Source: Lentisphaeraceae bacterium
GTDB lineage: Bacteria > Verrucomicrobiota > Lentisphaeria > Lentisphaerales > Lentisphaeraceae
Reading direction: 5' to 3'
Assembly: GCA_043748535.1 (NCBI GenBank)
Contig: JAYTMY010000302.1
Coordinates: 1 to 15,975, forward strand
Length of the DNA: 15,975 nt
Shown here: positions 14,579 through 15,975 of the stretch, piece after piece
Position numbering within the stretch: the first letter of the stretch is position 1
How the letters are laid out: each line of letters opens with the position of its first letter
Translations under genes and position numbers: made by a program
The notes under the pieces: generated by a model
The model's input: only the letters and a program-made list of their open reading frames with translations
Told to the model about the DNA's origin: nothing
Database searches by the model: none

Positions 14579-14767
14579 TCAGGACTTCCCTTGCGCCTTT
14601 TTGGCGGGTGCTGCTTTGGCGGCGGGCGCGGCAGTCTTGGGCGCGGCTTGGCCTTTGTAGGCGAGGATGGCGGCAGCGACGATCTCGTCGAAATCGAGAT
14701 CGGTTTCCGCTTGCAGGTGCAGAAGGTGTTGGCTGCTGGTCTCGTCCAGCTCGATATCAATGCGCAT
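14579..14767 (-). CDS. Small ribbon-helix-helix (CopG/ParD-like) DNA-binding protein with a Lys/Ala/Pro-rich C-terminal tail. Likely regulator of the lyase operon.
   Basis: 62 aa. MRIDIELDETSSQHLLHLQAETDLDFDEIVAAAILAY follows the beta-strand/helix/helix pattern of ParD-type RHH proteins (compare RLTIDMTDQQHQSLKALAA). Tail KGQAAPKTAAPAAKAAPAKKAQGKS. SD GGAGAAG 11 nt upstream. Confidence 0.5.
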   Translation of the reverse strand: MRIDIELDETSSQHLLHLQAETDLDFDEIVAAAILAYKGQAAPKTAAPAAKAAPAKKAQGKS

Positions 14768-15076
14768 GGATATAGCTTCTCCGTTGAGTGGGGGGAATAT
14801 GCTGCCGCGACCTTTGACGGCAAGTGCGGCGGCGGGAATTGTCGGAGAGGTGAAGAGCTTTAGGTGTTAGGATTGAGCTGGCCTGCCGTCCGTGATTTGC
14901 TGGTGCGAAGCTTCATATCGTTCTTGCGCTTTGCGCAGAACGAGCGGTCCCTCACGAAAAATTCACACACTCGGACATTGCGTAACGGGGCTTTCCCGAG
15001 ATATTAGCGCCCCGTTTCGCTCCCTAGGCGGAGCACGGAATTCCCCGCGTACACGAGACCTTGCCTGGAGATGCCG
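14768..15076. promoter_or_regulatory. Divergent promoter/operator region between the RHH-lyase operon (-) and speA (+).
   Basis: 309 bp non-coding. Imperfect palindrome TCGTTCTTGCGC-ttt-GCGCAGAACGA at about 14918-14943, a candidate RHH operator. GGAG 6 nt upstream of the speA ATG at 15077. Confidence 0.3.
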
Positions 15077-15975
15077 ATGAGCCCGAACCCTGCCAAACAC
15101 CCTGCCGACGCCAACGGCGGAGACTGGAACCCTGATCACTACTACAACGTCTCCCGTTGGGGTGATGGCTTCTTTACCATCAATGACAAAGGCAACCTCT
15201 GCGTCACGCCGGAACGTCGCGACAACGGCCCGACCATCGACATCTCGGAAGTGATCGAAGAAATGATCGCCCAGAAGATCGAGTTCCCCGCCGTCATCCG
15301 TTTCCAGGACATCCTCCGGGCCCAGGTGAAAAACCTCAACAAAGCCTTCCGCACCGCCATCGAGGACAACAACTACCGCGGTCGTTACTGCGGCGTTTTC
15401 CCGATCAAAGTCAACCAGATGCGCGAAGTGGTAGAGGAAGTCGTCGACGCCGGATCGCCCTACGACTACGGTCTCGAAGCCGGCTCCAAGCCCGAGCTCC
15501 TCACCGTCCTCGCCTACAACACCAATCGCAATTCCCTCACCGTCTTGAACGGCTACAAGGACCGCGACTTCATGCGCCTCGCCCTGCTCGCCATCAAGCT
15601 CGGCCGCAAGTGCATCCTGGTGATCGAGAACTACTCCGAAGTCGCCCAGATTATCGCCATTTCGAAAGAGATGGGGATCAAGCCGATGATTGGCCTGCGC
15701 GCCAAATTGGCGATCCAGTCGAAAGGCAAATGGGCCTCGTCTTCCGGCGACCGCGCCAAGTTCGGGCTCACCTTGCCCGAAATCGTCTCAGCCGTGCGCA
15801 CTTTCGGCGAAGCCGATCTCTCCGATTGCATCAAGCTTCTCCACTTCCACATCGGCTCGCAGATCTCCGACATCGCGGTGGTCAAACAGGCCGTCTCAGA
15901 AGGCGCCCGCATCTACGCCAAGCTCCACAAGATGGGCTGCAAACTGGAATACTTCGACGCCGGCGGCGGCCTCGC
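15077..15975 (+). CDS. speA: Biosynthetic arginine decarboxylase, N-terminal about 300 aa. 3'-partial: it runs off the window.
   Basis: Translation MSPNPAKHPADANGGDWNPDHYYNVSRWGDGFF…YCGVFPIKVNQ…GLEAGSKPELL…NGYKDRDF…GKWASSSGDRAKFGL…LLHFHIGSQ…YFDAGGGL. These segments line up with the E. coli SpeA motifs I recall (YPIKVNQ, LEAGSK-EL, NGYKDR, GKWQSSGGEKSKFGL, LLHFHLGSQ, FDVGGGL). An alternative ATG lies 6 nt upstream (15071). Confidence 0.9.
   Translation, partial: MSPNPAKHPADANGGDWNPDHYYNVSRWGDGFFTINDKGNLCVTPERRDNGPTIDISEVIEEMIAQKIEFPAVIRFQDILRAQVKNLNKAFRTAIEDNNYRGRYCGVFPIKVNQMREVVEEVVDAGSPYDYGLEAGSKPELLTVLAYNTNRNSLTVLNGYKDRDFMRLALLAIKLGRKCILVIENYSEVAQIIAISKEMGIKPMIGLRAKLAIQSKGKWASSSGDRAKFGLTLPEIVSAVRTFGEADLSDCIKLLHFHIGSQISDIAVVKQAVSEGARIYAKLHKMGCKLEYFDAGGGL

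Noticed and set aside
14579-14767. 62-aa ORF as an acyl carrier protein (it sits in a polyene-like context)
   Set aside because: No DSL phosphopantetheine-attachment motif. The N-terminus fits an RHH beta-strand/helix pattern instead.
1-15975. CRISPR array, integrase/transposase/IS element, rRNA
   Set aside because: No regularly spaced short direct repeats with unique spacers. The periodicities seen lie inside the flotillin coiled-coil coding region. No recombinase-like ORF anywhere in the window.

Overview
High-GC (~65%) bacterial chromosomal segment, probably from a Gram-negative/diderm organism. No rRNA, intact tRNA, CRISPR array, integrase or transposase was found. The window reads left to right as follows. 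(1) The 3' portion of a large unorthodox hybrid sensor histidine kinase (PAS-PAS-HisKA-HATPase-REC-REC-HPt); its 5' end lies upstream of the window and it carries an internal duplication of a PAS segment. (2) A convergent minus-strand operon of gliding-motility type: ABC ATPase, then a fused ABC-2 permease/GldG-like auxiliary protein, then a secreted DUF4340-like protein. (3) A long flotillin (SPFH/band-7, YqiK/FloT-like) membrane protein transcribed divergently from that operon, with a possible coupled leader uORF. (4) A repeat-rich, tRNA-3'-end-like intergenic element, followed by a two-gene cassette with atypical codon usage: a multi-pass membrane protein and an ABC/OLD-like (AAA_15/21-type) ATPase that has a Walker-B D-to-N substitution. 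The cassette is bracketed by an imperfect 19-bp direct repeat (16/19 identical, 11-nt exact core); this is my best candidate for a mobile or defence-like novelty. (5) A minus-strand operon: ribbon-helix-helix regulator, aromatic amino-acid ammonia-lyase (MIO enzyme), hotdog (4HBT) thioesterase, LolA-like protein. It resembles the starter/export part of aryl-polyene or flexirubin-type clusters but has no synthase genes. (6) The 5' portion of biosynthetic arginine decarboxylase (speA), running off the right edge. Several long ORFs antisense to these genes are GC-skew artefacts.
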